From assembly GCF_037042905.1 (NCBI RefSeq), contig NC_087252.1:3288001-3352000 (forward strand): a stretch of DNA of 64,000 nt. The letters run 5' to 3'. Shown in pieces: positions 1-13,700 of the stretch (positions are counted from its first letter, which is position 1; every line of letters starts with the position of its first letter). Made by a program: the position numbers and the translations under genes. Origin of the DNA: Lytechinus pictus. Lineage: Eukaryota. The notes under the pieces were generated by a model that made no database searches, was not told where the DNA came from, and was given only the letters and a program-made list of their open reading frames with translations.

Positions 1-1307
1 TTCGGATTAATGAACCTTCGGAACAACGAACCTTATTTCGTTTTCGGATTAACGAACCTTCCGAACAACGATCCTGATTTCGTTTTCGGATTAACGAACC
101 TTTGGAACAACGAACATTATTTCGTTTTGGGATGAACGAACCTTCAAAACAAAGAACCTTATTTCGTTTTCGGATGAACGAACCTTCGGAACAACAAACC
201 TTATTTCGTTTTCGGATTAACGAACCTTTGGAACAACGAACCTTATTTCGTTTTGGGATTATCGAACCTTCGAAACAAGGAACCTTATTTTGTTTTCGGA
301 TTAACGAACCTTCGGAACAACGAACCTTATTTCGTTTTCGGATTAATGAACCTTCGGAACAACGAACCTTATTTCGTTTTCGAATTAACGAACCTTCCGA
401 ACAACGATCCTTATTTCGTTTTTGGATTAATGAACCTTCCGGACAACGATCCTTATTTCGTTTTCGGGTTAACGAACCTTTGGAACAACGAACCTTATTT
501 CGTTTTGGGATCATCGAACCTTCGAAACAAGGAACCTTATTTAGTTTTCGGATTAATGAATCTTCGGAAAAACGAACCTTATTTCGTTTTCGGATGAACG
601 AACCTTCAAAACAACGAACCTTTTTTAGTTTTAGGATTAATGAACCTTCGGAAAAACGAACCTTATTTCGTTTTCGGATTAACGAACCTTCGGAACACTA
701 ACCTTATTTCGTTTTTGGATGAACGAACCTTCGGAACAACAAACCTTATTTCGTTTTCGAATTAACGAACTTTCGGAACAACGAACCTTATTTTGTTTTC
801 GGATTAACAAAACTTTGGAACAACGAACCTTATTTCGTTTTCGGATGAAGGAACCTTAGAAACAACGAACCTTATTTCGTTTTCGGATTAACGAACCTTC
901 GGAACAACGAACCTTATTTCGTTTTCGGATGAACGAACCTTCGGAACAACGAACCTTATTTCGTTTTCGGATTAATGAACCTTCGGAACAACGAACCTTA
1001 TTTCGTTTTCGGATTAACGGACCTTCGGAACAACAAACCTTATTTCGTTTTCGGATTATCGAACCTTCAAAACAACGAACCTTATTTCGTTTTGGGATTA
1101 TCGAACCTTCGGAACAACAAATCTTATTTTGTTTTCGGATTATTGAACCTTCGGAATAACGAACCATCGAAATAACGCCACAAATGGTCGGATTAACGAA
1201 CCCCTTTTCGTTTTCAGATTAACGAACATCGAGGAATAGGCAATTTACATGTTTCGGAATTACGAATCTTCGGAATAAAGAACCTTCGGAATTACGAAGT
1301 TTAACCG
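1..1307. repeat. 42-bp tandem repeat array (~28 visible units), probably the internal array and right end of a repeat-carrying DNA element; truncated by the window start
   Basis: Unit TTCGGATTAACGAACCTTCGGAACAACGAACCTTATTTCGTT repeats from 1 to ~1160, then degenerates to ...GAATTACGAAGTTTAACCG at 1307. Because 42 is a multiple of 3, the repetitive ORFs 102-701, 253-597 etc. follow automatically. Confidence 0.9.
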
Positions 1308-1649
1308 GGGATTCATGGTACTGGAATGCATGTTAATGACATTAATTTTCTCACTTAATTGAGTGCTATGCATTCTGATATAACCTGAGAACACTCAAAT
1401 TCATTATCTCAAATTAAGTTTGTGAACTGTTTGTGAAGTATTTATAAGTGTGGTGTGCCATATTTTCTTGGAAATATGAAAACAAATGTGCATGTAAATA
1501 TAAACTAAAATTATTGACCCCCTAAATAGAAAAAAAATAACAGCAACAACAAACACAAAAACAGATAAAATAAGCACTTCATACAGAAAAATACGATTGA
1601 TTACATTTTGTTTGCAGAAGAATGCTTTATAATTGTTCATCATTACACA

Positions 1650-1948
1650 CACTGTTAAAAAACCTGATTTTATAGAAAAAAACTAAATTTTGCAGAAAGC
1701 AATAACAGAATCATTCTGTAAATTCATAAAACGGGAATTTTTCTACAATTTAACAGAACAGGTCTGCTTAAAAAAGGGAAAATGGTGTTTTATTTAAGGA
1801 ACTTTGTAAGGTTCCATACATCTAATACAATTTCCTGTAATTTTACATGATATAATGTAAGATTACGCAATCTGGTAAGATTACAGGTGTTCTCGAGACT
1901 CTGCTGCAGGAACTTATTTGATTTATAAGGATAAATTTTCTAACAGTG
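1650..1948. mobile_element. ~300-bp CACTG-type (EnSpm/CACTA) MITE, inserted before the duplication
   Basis: Termini CACTGTTA...TAACAGTG with 2-bp TSD CA (1648-1649 / 1949-1950). The same element sits at the same site in copy B (31876-32177). Confidence 0.75.
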
Positions 1949-2075
1949 CATAATGTTAGCTTCCTATTAATGCTCTTAAATGTGGAGTAGTATCAGTTTT
2001 GATAATATGTGTGAGCTTACAATTATACCGATGCCTAAGTGTGAAATTGATATACGTTGATATATTACAATACAT

Positions 2076-3811
2076 TCAACTCAATTCATTTCAATTCATT
2101 TTTCATTCTTCAACATAATATAAGATAGATTGATTCAATTTGAATAAAATCTTGAACAAAATTCAATATTGAAAAAAAGATAAACATATTCGATAAGTGA
2201 TTTAAATATAAATTAACATACATGTCAAGTTTAAATCAATATAATCAATATCATTAAATATAAATAAATAAATACAATTATATATCATAAGAAGAAACGA
2301 GGAGTCCACTAAAAAGCAAAGCTTGTAGAATGTGGACCCCTCAAAAAATAGATACTAGGAATATTGAAATATAAGTAAAGGAATACATGAAGATAACGAA
2401 AAGGGCAAAAAATAATAATACTAATAGATATAAACACGAAACAACACAACACAGGAACATAAGGTTGACAATAGTACGATGACAACTGCCTAGAATATAG
2501 AAAGAAAATAGAGATAGGGAGAGGGAAGCAAAGCTAATCTGCTGCATATATATTATGTCTACACATACATACACACTCAATGCACATATACATATATACA
2601 CACACACATATATATATATATACACATATACTCATATTTAAGCACATACATACATTTATATATATATACACATGCACACACACACACACATGTAAACACA
2701 CCCTAATACACCCTAACACACGCACTCATTCACACACACACACTCGGACATACACACATACAATATAAAAGGTACAATATAATGTATAGACAAGCTATAA
2801 CTTTTACATTTCAAATCTTATGTGTAACTGGAAAAAATAAGGCTTTTATGTTCTGTTTAAACATAGATAATAGATTAGCAAAAAAGCATACAAATATTAG
2901 TTTAAATATTAAATATAATTCATTAAGGTTTTAGGAGCATAAATTTTAGTTTGTTTTTAAAGGACAGTAAAGAACGGGCATTTTTAATCTCATCGTCAAG
3001 GGAATTCCAAAATCTTGGACCTCTATATAAGTAAGTATTTTGTGCTAGATGCGTTCTGAGGAGGGGCAAGTGATATTCATTTGACTGCCTGGTGGGATAG
3101 TTATGGAGGGATTGGTTTTGGTGAAACATAGAATCAAATATGCGTGGCAACGAATTATTTTTGTATTTATACATGAATTGACCTAATTGAAATAAATATA
3201 ATTTTTGGTATTTTCATGATTTTATGTTCCAGGAACAATTGATCTGTATAAGAACGAACTGGTGCATTACATATAATTCGGAGTGTTTTCTTTTGTAAAA
3301 ATGATATTTTGTCCAATAAAGAATTATGGGTATTTCCCCATGCTAATATTCCATAATTAAGGTAAGGTAAAATCAAAGAGGCGTATAACATGAGTAATGT
3401 GACCGAAGAAAAATAGTGTTTTAACTTATTAATTACACCAATATTACGAGATAATATTTTGCTCACATTAAGAACGTGGGGTTTCCAAGAAAGCTTATTA
3501 TCAACTATAATTCCTAAAAAAAAAATGTTGGGAAACACATTGTAAAGGTGTATCATCAAAGATAATGTCAGAAGGTAAAGATTCAATAGAATTACTAAAT
3601 ATCATATATTTTGGGAAACACATTGTAAAGGTGTATCATCAAAGATAGTGTCAGAAGGTAAAGATTCAATAGAATTACTAAATATCATATATTTGGTTTG
3701 TTTAAATTAAGAGATAGTTTATTGGCGCATATCCATTGAGTAATATTTAGCAGTTCCAAATCCATGATCTGAACTAGGGTGTGAGGGTTTCTGTGAGCAA
3801 AAAATACATTT
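2076..3811 (-). mobile_element. 5'-truncated, frameshifted non-LTR retrotransposon (L2/Crack/Daphne-like), 3' end of RT plus 3' UTR
   Basis: Minus-strand peptides FLGIIVDNKLSWKPHV, LYASLILPYLNYGILAWG and GPRFWNSL. Truncated just after the expected YADD motif (reads NVFFAHRNP). TTGAA-like tail near 2076-2110; TSD ATACAT (2070-2075 / 3812-3817). Empty site in copy B (~32300). Contains an 83-bp tandem duplication (~3528-3693) and a CA/TA microsatellite (2560-2760). Confidence 0.85.
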
Positions 3812-4452
3812 ATACATGTATGTACATTGATCGTGAATTTACCTAGCCCTACATTATATACATAAATGACTATATCATTGTCAAGCCTGGCCCGTTCACC
3901 GATGAGAGTAGGTTACATCTGGTACTGATTAATAGATTAATCTTTCTTTCTCATGAGTATCTCAAAACTGTTCCACGCTTAAATTGTAAGTTGTCCCTCG
4001 AATGCATTGTAAAGTCGTGGAAAATGCAATATATTAAAATATTAAACGCATTTACAATTTCTAAAGCTTTCTATTCATTCTTTATCATCTAGAGACAGTT
4101 TTAAGAAGACAAATGGATTTCATGACCAGGAGTCAATCTTGATATCTAAAAAAGGATTTGAAAAAATATATAATATATATTTATTTTGTCAAGTCAACGT
4201 TGATTATGTAATAAATCTAGATTACATTAAATAGATTACCAATTTCTATATTAAATTTGTCTTACGTCATCAGATATATTTTTATTTTTGTAAGTGTTTG
4301 TTCCGAAACAATACTAATTTGTTCATTTGTTGATATGTCTATTCTAACTATTTTAACCGCAAGCCAGTCATTTTTCTAGCTATGGAATATGGCAACCTTT
4401 CAATTCAATCATTGCATGGGAAATAACTCATAAATATGTGGTGATCACCGAA

Positions 4453-4752
4453 TCAATACTCTCTGTTGCAATTCCTCTCTGGGGAAATGTTAAAGGAACT
4501 GTGCAAAATATGTGCAAACTTTTGTTGAAGTATGGCATCTGAAGTTGAACCCCCTTGCAGTGATGAAGCACATGCTGACTGTATAGGATTCGGAGAAGAA
4601 AAGTTACCAGGTGGACTGGTTTGATGATTGGGTGGAATACCTGGGTGAGCTATTGCCTTCATTTCCATGTATTCTTGGGAATCCTGGATGGTTTCCTTAG
4701 GAACCACATTACTTCGGGAAACAGCGGGATCTCCACCAACAGCAGGTTTGGA
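4453..4752 (-). CDS. Paralog A last coding exon (cytoplasmic tail with EYMEM; frameshifted C-terminus relative to B)
   Basis: Acceptor tttcctaactgtag|TCC at 4752, phase 0 matching the upstream exon; 300 nt to TGA. Confidence 0.75.
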   Translation of the reverse strand, partial: SKPAVGGDPAVSRSNVVPKETIQDSQEYMEMKAIAHPGIPPNHQTSPPGNFSSPNPIQSACASSLQGGSTSDAILQQKFAHILHSSFNISPERNCNREY

Positions 4753-7700
4753 CTACAGTTAGGAAAAATGTATGAAATGGAAAATTTAATGAGTAACACC
4801 TTTAAGAGTTGACCTGGAATTCAAAACATAAATTTCTTATACCATAAGTTGTTCGCGTGGCTGGAGATAAACTAATGGCCTTCTTATCGCCAATGAGTTT
4901 CGATTTACATCAATTTTATCGTTGTAGATGCACAATGTATAAAATAATGTCATGAGGGGATAAGATTTTAATATATCTATACTATTATATACTAGTATAT
5001 CTAAAATGTATAATTCGTTGCATGTATATTAAAAATGGCGTCGAAAATTGAGCATGATGATGATCAGCATATGTATATTATATAAATAATGAATGTTTAT
5101 GAGTGCGATGGAGAGAATACTTCATGAGGTAAAAGATGAAAAGATCCATTCAACGAGGCGTAGCCAAGTTGAATGGATCATTCATTTCATCTTTCACCGA
5201 ATGAAGTAATCTGTCCATTGCACGAATGAAGGAACATTCATTATTTGGTTAATATGACACTTTTTTTTCATAGAAAATTTATCAGTTACGATGCAAAATA
5301 TGATCATGCAGTGCGAGCTCGGTCTGTTGATTGTCGTGTTTGTCGCGTACAATGCCAGCGTGCAATGGACAAAATCGTATGGATCCAAAATTGCACGATG
5401 AAAGGACCCTAAATTGCACGGTCGATGACGTCATTGTAAAATGGTCCGAAAGGTCAAACAACCAATCAAATGCCAAGGATCTATCTAGGTGTCATATAAA
5501 TATTGTTATTATAAGTGTTGCCTTTTCTCGTCAACAATATCACACGAAATAGTATTCTCGAACTGGATCTATTGAAATATATATTCAGCTTTACTTAAAA
5601 ATTCGGTTTTAAAAAATTGAACAAGATTGGATTGGTATTGCCAATTATATTTACCATGATGGAATTCACATAAAGAGGCTCGTGGTTCGAGTTTTTCTGG
5701 TGCATTGCGGTCACTGGCACTCCATCAGCCATGTCTTCGTCCCCTGCTACAAAAGCAAATTTGAAAATGAAAGACATTTAAGGAGATTTCATTCTGTCTG
5801 TTTTGATTACGTGTATATGTATTGTCCGCGAATAAATGGGTAATCAACGCGAGAAGATAATTGGAAAGAGAGACACTGACATTATGCTTAGATATCGAAC
5901 ACTATATCGAATTGTTATTAATTAATTACTATTATTTTATTTTGGCAATAAAAAGTATACTAAATTGGTGAAATGAAGCATAAAACATAATGAATAGAGT
6001 ATGGATTGAGCACCCACTGGACTGCCTGGGTCAAATAAAGTTAAGTGATGTATTAACGGATAGTGAAATAATAAATCTAGATAACGGTAACGCTGAAAAT
6101 CACCAAAAGATCGCCAACAAAGAAAAAAAATTCAACATTGACAGTTAAAAAATAAATCGTTTCATTGGGAGCATGCAATGGCAAATTACTAATTTCAAAG
6201 CCATCTGGCGCATATTCTACAAATAAAACCAGTTTTATTCCCTTCTAATCTCTCATTGTAAATTCCGTTAAAAGTGCACATGATGTGCATGTTGAGCTTA
6301 TCATGCTTATTAACGTTGAATATGAGTCCAAACTGACTCAGTTTTGGTTGAATTGGCCAAAAATTGAAATGACATTTCCTGTAAATACATTAATAAAACA
6401 GTTGCGATGAACTATATAAATATCTTTGTTATGGTTATAGCTATAATTATAATAGCCTTGTAATCACCATGCACTCTAGAAACACTGAGTAGAATTTTAC
6501 CCAATATTTGGTATTTAGGGAACATGCATGTTTGCTGAGTATGTTTTTTTTTTTTTTTTTACATATTTCAACGCAACATTGCGTAAAATCTTTTTTACTC
6601 AACCAACATGCATGTTCCAATTTTACCCAGTATTGCACTGTAAAAAATTGCTGTAATTTGTACGGTAAATTGATGTAAATTTTAACAGTAAGATACTGTA
6701 ATGATGATTTTACAGTAATTTGCCGTATTATTCAGGCGGTACACGGTAATTTACAGCAATCATTCGAGTTCTTTTTTTGGGAGATCAACTTTACAGTAAT
6801 TTACTGTAATTGAGCACGCGAAATGCATTCTGGGATACAACACGTCACACGCGCATGCGCCTCTTACTCGGCGCGGAGCATAAATTCTTGCAAAATTTCG
6901 AGTGTCAGATCGATAAGAAGTGCCGTCGGAACTGCTGTTGTTTTAAATTCAACTTTACGTCTCCGGTCAAGTACACATTCCCTGGTAAGTAGTGATATTT
7001 TCATCCTGTAGATCCTTCACATGTAGAAATGTTTTGTTGAACTGTTTTACATATAATGTAATCTTTCATGGAACTCTGACATTCACCATCCTCACTTTTC
7101 GCGCTCTCTCTCTCTGTTGTCTATGAAGATGTATGTGTTAATGTGTGTTGTGCGGATGTTGTCTACGGAAGATGTGTACTGTGTAGATTTAGACTTAGAG
7201 TTGTGCGGGGTGTTGACTCAAATTTTGACTGTTTTTAACTTGCTAAAAAATAGTAAAGACCTATGCATAGAAATTTGGTATGTGTTGAAATTATCATTAA
7301 AATGCCTCTTAGCAATTCCATCATATCGACTAAATTTCATTACGCTACTTTTTGCTAGATCAGCTAGATAGATTGCATCGGATTCCGATGTCTGCACGCA
7401 GTTTAGCCATGCAACCCTGGCCATACTCGTACAGTACAGTCATGCAGCGCAGCATGCAGTGCTAGTGCAGTGCTGTATGGTGCGAGCTAGCTAGCCAGCG
7501 CATGCATGCAGCGCGCGCTAGCGCTAGCGATATGGCAAGGAGTTCCGGCCGACCGTGGGCAATCGTCTGTTACAGTCTGGTCTTTTGCATTGTGACGTCA
7601 TCACTGTTTGAAAGCGTGCGCGTGCATATAATTAGCCAAGGATGGGGAAGGGGGATACTCCCATGAATTCATTTGTGTCTTTTTCACAATGTAACACATA

Positions 7701-10700
7701 TATATTTCCTTTGCTATTGCAGTTTTTACACTTTGATAATGGTAAACTTTTCTTGAAAATATAGACTTATCCATTTGTAAATATTTTTAAAGTTGATCAC
7801 AAATAACACACAAACAATTTTTTTTTCCAACTCTATATTTCTACTTCTCGGTTCTCCACTTTTTTGTTTTGTCCTTTTCTTCCCGCTGCTTCTAATTATT
7901 CACCTCCTTTGTCTTCTTTCTTCACCAATTTCTTCTCCTTTGCCTTCCTTCTTGCCACCTCCCCTTTCCTTTTTTTTTTTTTTTATTTCCTCTTTTAATA
8001 TTCTAATTAATTCTTATCTCTTCTTTTGGCTTCTCCTACTTCTCATATCTCTTCCATCTTGTCAAACTCTTTCTCATTTTGCTTCTTACTCATTCCATGT
8101 CTATCTTCTTGTCCCCTATCTCCCTCCCCTCCTGCCCAGGACCCTACTCATTCAACTTATTATTTTTTTCTATTTTTTCCCTCTCTCTCTTCCTCCAGTA
8201 CTTCTCGTGGAAGCTGCGGCTGCAAAAGATGATGCAAACCTGCATGATGTAGCATCTGGTGTGCTGAGAGGGTTGCAGAGCCTGTTTAAAGAAGGGAATG
8301 ACTCCCTTTTCCTCATCCGTGATGTAAGATTTAATAATTACTCTCCTGAAAAATGTTTTGCGCTATTAGTCCTGAGTGAAAAAGTTAGTATTTAATAATT
8401 GCTTTTGTATCGATGACTCTGGACTTTTCAAGACCCTTTGTGGAACCTTTCCTTAGATCTGTTTTTTTTTTCTTTTTTTTTCTTCAATTTTTAATTTTTT
8501 GTTGTGGGGGGGGGGGGGTGTTTTGTTGCTAAGGCACGCCCCCATTTGAAAAAAGAAATGAGAGAGATCACTTGCCCTTCCCCCTTCGAGGTGGTACATA
8601 ATTGAAAATTAATTGATGATTATTTCTAGATTGTATTGGACCTTCACTCTTGGGGACTGCATGCTGTATGAAAATTAAAATCAATTAAATGACACTGAAG
8701 AGTTGAATCTTGTGTGTAATGGTAATGGAAACATGGGATTATCATATATTTTCAGGTTACAGATACTGCTGAGGACATGGAGAAAGAGGGAGATGCATCT
8801 GATTCACCCAAACTCATAATCCAAGGTGCATGACAACTTCCAGTGTTTTTAATCAAACCTCTTAGAATAATATAATACAGACATTTAAAACATTCTCAGA
8901 TTTAGGTCTAGACTAAATCTGTACAGACATGTACGTTTATTTTGTGTCAATTTTCTTAAACAGACTTGTATTTCATATGTACATCTTTCACTTTCAGCAT
9001 TTCAGATTTGCCATGCTTGTAATTATATGCAGTCATTAACAAAAGAGACATGTGAATACTGCATGATCCCAGCCTTTAAAACTGGGCAAAAAACATAAAT
9101 TATAGTTTTTCACTTTGTAACGCGTCCATAAGGGGGGGGGGGGGGGAATCAGGACAATTGGAAATAAATAACTGAATTTTACTCTAGTGAATTTGTACCA
9201 GAGATTTTCCCATCAGCTAGTGTTATAAAACAAATTATAGAAAATGAAGCTCATAACGATTAAATCTTAACATTATTTTGTTTGATAGGAGATCCATTTG
9301 ACTCGGCCAAGTCCCAGTGGATGGTCATGGTTGAAAGCAGAGTTATTGGCCATTCATCATCAACAACTGAAGGCTTTCTTTGTGGGGTGGCATACCTTTT
9401 TGCCACCTATTACAACCTCAATTTGGAATATCCAAGCACGGCTGCAGCAACACTGGAGTTCATTCAGAGGTACAATATGGCATGCAAAATATCGGACCAT
9501 TTTCTGGAACTGACATAAGTCCAATTTCATGGACATCCTAGCTAAATGGAATTTCAGTCTGAAAAATAACTTGATTTAAAAAAATGTGGAAAAATAAAGA
9601 AAAATATTGGTGAAGGTTTGAAGAAAATCCGTCAAAATTTTTTGTTAGAGTTGTGAATATTTCAAGTTATGATGTTGTGACGTCACATCCGAGCAGCTCA
9701 TAAATTTAAGCATTTTGATTCTAGAACATACTTTCTTATCTGATAAATAGGCTTTTTATTAATGTGCTACTGCTTTGCGACTTGATGGAGCGAGCAACAT
9801 CCGACTGTTGCCTTGCCTTAGAAAACAAAGACATTCTTCACAGTACTTCTGCATTTATTTGGGAGCCAAATATGATTTCCATTGCAAGTGTCACGTTTTG
9901 AAAGCAAGAAAGCTCCTTGTTGAAAGTAAGCAAACCCAGCAGTACTGTGGGGAACTCCAAAATTTCAAGAACTTATTAGCGACTAGCACACTAACATCTG
10001 GTGTATTTTGGTGCAGGTTAATGATTACGTACTTGAGTAGAGAAGAGTGTGTCTCTGTACTAACAATAGAAAAAAGTGATTTAAAAAGTATTCTTTTTTA
10101 AGTAAAGCTGGCTTGATGGAGCCATCTATAATTACTGTTTGATAAATTTCATTTTAGGTTTGTCAATTTATTTTGACTCCCTCAGTTTTCATTTGATTGT
10201 TTTTATTTATTTTTTTTCTGTAATATCTTTTTCTCCCTGTCTCTCAGATGTCTCCTCGGAATAAGCCCTGATGGGTCGAAGTGCCATGCGTCGAAGAGTC
10301 ACTGCAACGCGAAAGTAGTGTCATTTGTGCGTCGGTTTGCTGATTTCCAGTGGCTTTAATTTCCTGATTTGTACATTTTACCCCATCATCTAAAAACATG
10401 TGATTTTATATATCACCCAATAATACTATGTTCGCTTGGTCACCATCCTCTTGAATAATTGGTTGAGCTTTGTCTGACCAAGCAACTACAGAGTTTATGC
10501 CCAATATTGCATAACATGAGAAACTTGCTGAAATAGATTGTCGACATGCTAGTTATGAGAGAACATTCATTTGAATATGCTATTAAGTTGACATTGCCCA
10601 CAACTTTATTTTAGCCGTTTCTCAAATCCAGGTCAAGTAAGAGTGGGGGAGGGGTAAAATTCATATAGAAATTGTAAATGTAAAGGGGTTTCATACTTGG

Positions 10701-13700
10701 AAAAATAAAGTTAAGAATATCTCCTTACAACCGAATTTGAACCATACAAAAACATAGATATATGGCACTACACACTGTTTGTATGCCTCCGCCCACCAAA
10801 GGTGGTGTCGGAGGTATTATGTTTTTGTGTTGTCCGTCGGTCCGTCTGTCCCACTTTCGTTCTCGCGATAACTTAAAAACCGGTCAACAGGTCAACTTCA
10901 TACTTTTTGACTTGAGGATACATATCTGGGCGACAATGAGCTGATAAGTGTTTGGGTCCAAAGGTCAAAGGTCATAGAATTCACTAAAATACATAAGAAA
11001 TAGACCATTCTTACAATAACTCCAAAACCCTTTGATAGATCAACTTCAAACTTGTCTCGTGTGTATATGTTAAAGTAACAATGATCTGTTCAGATTTTGG
11101 GGTCTCAAGGTCAAAAGTCAAGGTCATTGAATACAATAAAGTACATATAACATATACCGTTCTCGCAATAACTCCAAACCATTTGACGAATCAACTTCAA
11201 ACTTCGCTCATTTGTGCATATACAAGTGACAATGATCTATTAAGATTTTGGGTCTGAAAGTCAAATCTCAAGCTCTCTGGATTCAATCAAATGCATATAT
11301 TTGCTTTTTTGAGAAACAGTTATCTGACTAGATTTTGAAGTCACAAGATCAAAGGTCTTGAGGGTTTTTTTTTTCTTTATGGAAATAAAAACTAGGAAAT
11401 ATATTTCTGGTATGGCAGTAGCGGAGGCATCTATTTCCAACATTCGTGGTCGAAAATTCATCTTTAGTTAGGATTAACATTGCTGTAAATCAATTTCGAT
11501 TTCAACATTGTGGTACATTATATATATATGTATATATATATACTGCGTAGTAAGCGCTTGGTCATCAAGATGTTGACAAATATTGCAATAAGCTGTTTAC
11601 TGAGAACGATGTAAACTTCTGTAATGTATGTGGCTTTAACACAGCCTACCAAGGTGGAGTGAGATTATTATTATATTATTATTACATGAATGACACAGTG
11701 ATCTCCATTATTGCATATCATGCATGGCTGACTGTTAGCCATTTTTGTAAAGAGGACCAAATTATATCAAGAAATTCAGGAAATCTTAAGGTGATGTAGC
11801 AATTTTTTGTTTTCTTATAGTCAGAAAAGGATATTAAATGTATCAGAAATTCCTCAAATGAAAAAGCATGTGACATTTTGATTACATTTCAAGAGTTTCT
11901 CAAAATAGCAGATTTGCATGATGTAGTACAGAAAAATTTGAAAATTGTAGATACTTCTCACAGATTGACATTTTTCTTCATTATGATTACTGAGGATTTA
12001 CTACATTGTATTTTGTTGTTCACAGAATTATAACATTTTCATACTTTCACTTTCGCAGCTGTTCAAGTGTCACAGTACAAACATTACTTTGGCAAAATTG
12101 GAGGTCATATTTGTACATGTTTGTTCGTCAAATATTCATGTAAATATTAAGTATTTGCAATGGTAGCAATACTCTCATTCGGGTTCTTTCTTGCCAGTTT
12201 CAATATCAAATTGATAGTACTGTTATAAGAAACTTTATTTGTGAGGAATATTGTATGCAATGTAATATTATTGTCACAATTTAATGTATTCATGGCAGTT
12301 AATGTATTTGTATGCTTGTAATATAAATTATTGGTTCAGTGTGTGTTTAGGACTATTCATTATTTTGATATAGGATTGAATAAGGTTTTCTGTCTTAATA
12401 AGATTTTTGGGAATATGTATATATAAGAAGTTGACATACACTTAATTTTTTATCAATTAATAGTATACATGTAAAATTACTCATAAGTGAGAAGTTTCAC
12501 TTAAAAATTCAGTTTTCTTCTGGTAGAAGCATTGTCGTCAGGTTACCATGGAGTAAGCATTTTGCGTGTTACTACGGATATGTGGATGTAAGAGATAGAG
12601 AGTCTGTGTGTGTGCGTGTGTGCGTGTGTATGTTCATCCAGTGTTCATCCAAGGTCAGCTGAGACAAGCCCTCCTAGAAGGAAGTTCACTTTAGTCAGAT
12701 TTGTTTTCTTAAAGAAATTGAAAGTTTGCCATTATTTCAGGCAGTAGTTGCATAAGTGAAAAATTGCTTTCACTTGTAATTGATTCTAATGGGTTATGAC
12801 TGAATATTTGAATGATTATGGTACCCTTCATGTAAATGGATTGCTTTAAAACACACCTGTTCATTAATGTACTCTCATTTAATATACAGTGGCCTGAAAG
12901 TTTGTGTAAGGTTAGCAATTACAACTACTTTAATGCATGCAAGGTGAATTTTACTTGTTGAATAGATTTATTTACAAAATGTTTAAGTCAACTGAATTGC
13001 AAACAGCAGATAAAGTAACACCAACCAAATTTTATGGTTGTTCTTACAACCTTTGTTGCTTGCTCTGACAGGTCCAACAAATACATAAAGAGTTTATGCA
13101 TGCAAAAAGGATGCCACTTATTGTAATACCATTCAGTACATGGTAATTACCTATTACCAAATCCAGAGGAACAAAGTATTCATGAAATTTGACTACATTA
13201 GTGAACAGGTCTGTAATGAACATCAGCATTCTTAGGACATTTCTGTGTACATAGTTTCTGTATAATTGTCATCTTTGAAATTTGATTATGCAACACATTC
13301 TACTTGCCAGCATTTTTCCCATGATCCTTACAAAAATTGTACTGTTTGTGAAATATGGCATTGTCAGTTCTACTGCATGTTAATGCAATAAAGACTTTTC
13401 AAAGTTTCATTCAAAAGTTTTACTCAAGTGTATTTTTGTCATTGGAAGTTGTGCCAATTACAGTAAAACATACTGTAAATGGGGTCAATTTACAGTAAAT
13501 TACTGTAGGGAGTGTACAGTACTGGGGGTAAATTGGGAAGGTGTACAGCATTTTACTGTAGGAAGTGTACAGTACCTCACTGTAATGCAAGGGAAATTTA
13601 CAGTAGTTTACTGTAATTTAACCAAATTTACAGTAGCAACAATTCTAAAATTTGGTAAATTTTACAGTAAGCTACAGCACTTTTCACGGTATTTTCCTGT

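Noticed and set aside
1..1175. 42-bp array as a CRISPR array or as repeat-protein ORFs
   Set aside because: Head-to-tail repeats with no unique spacers and no cas genes; the ORFs arise because 42 is divisible by 3.
2341..2768. Short ORFs rich in Y/I/C/V/H/T
   Set aside because: Products of CA/TA microsatellites in a LINE 3' UTR; likewise 58427-58928.
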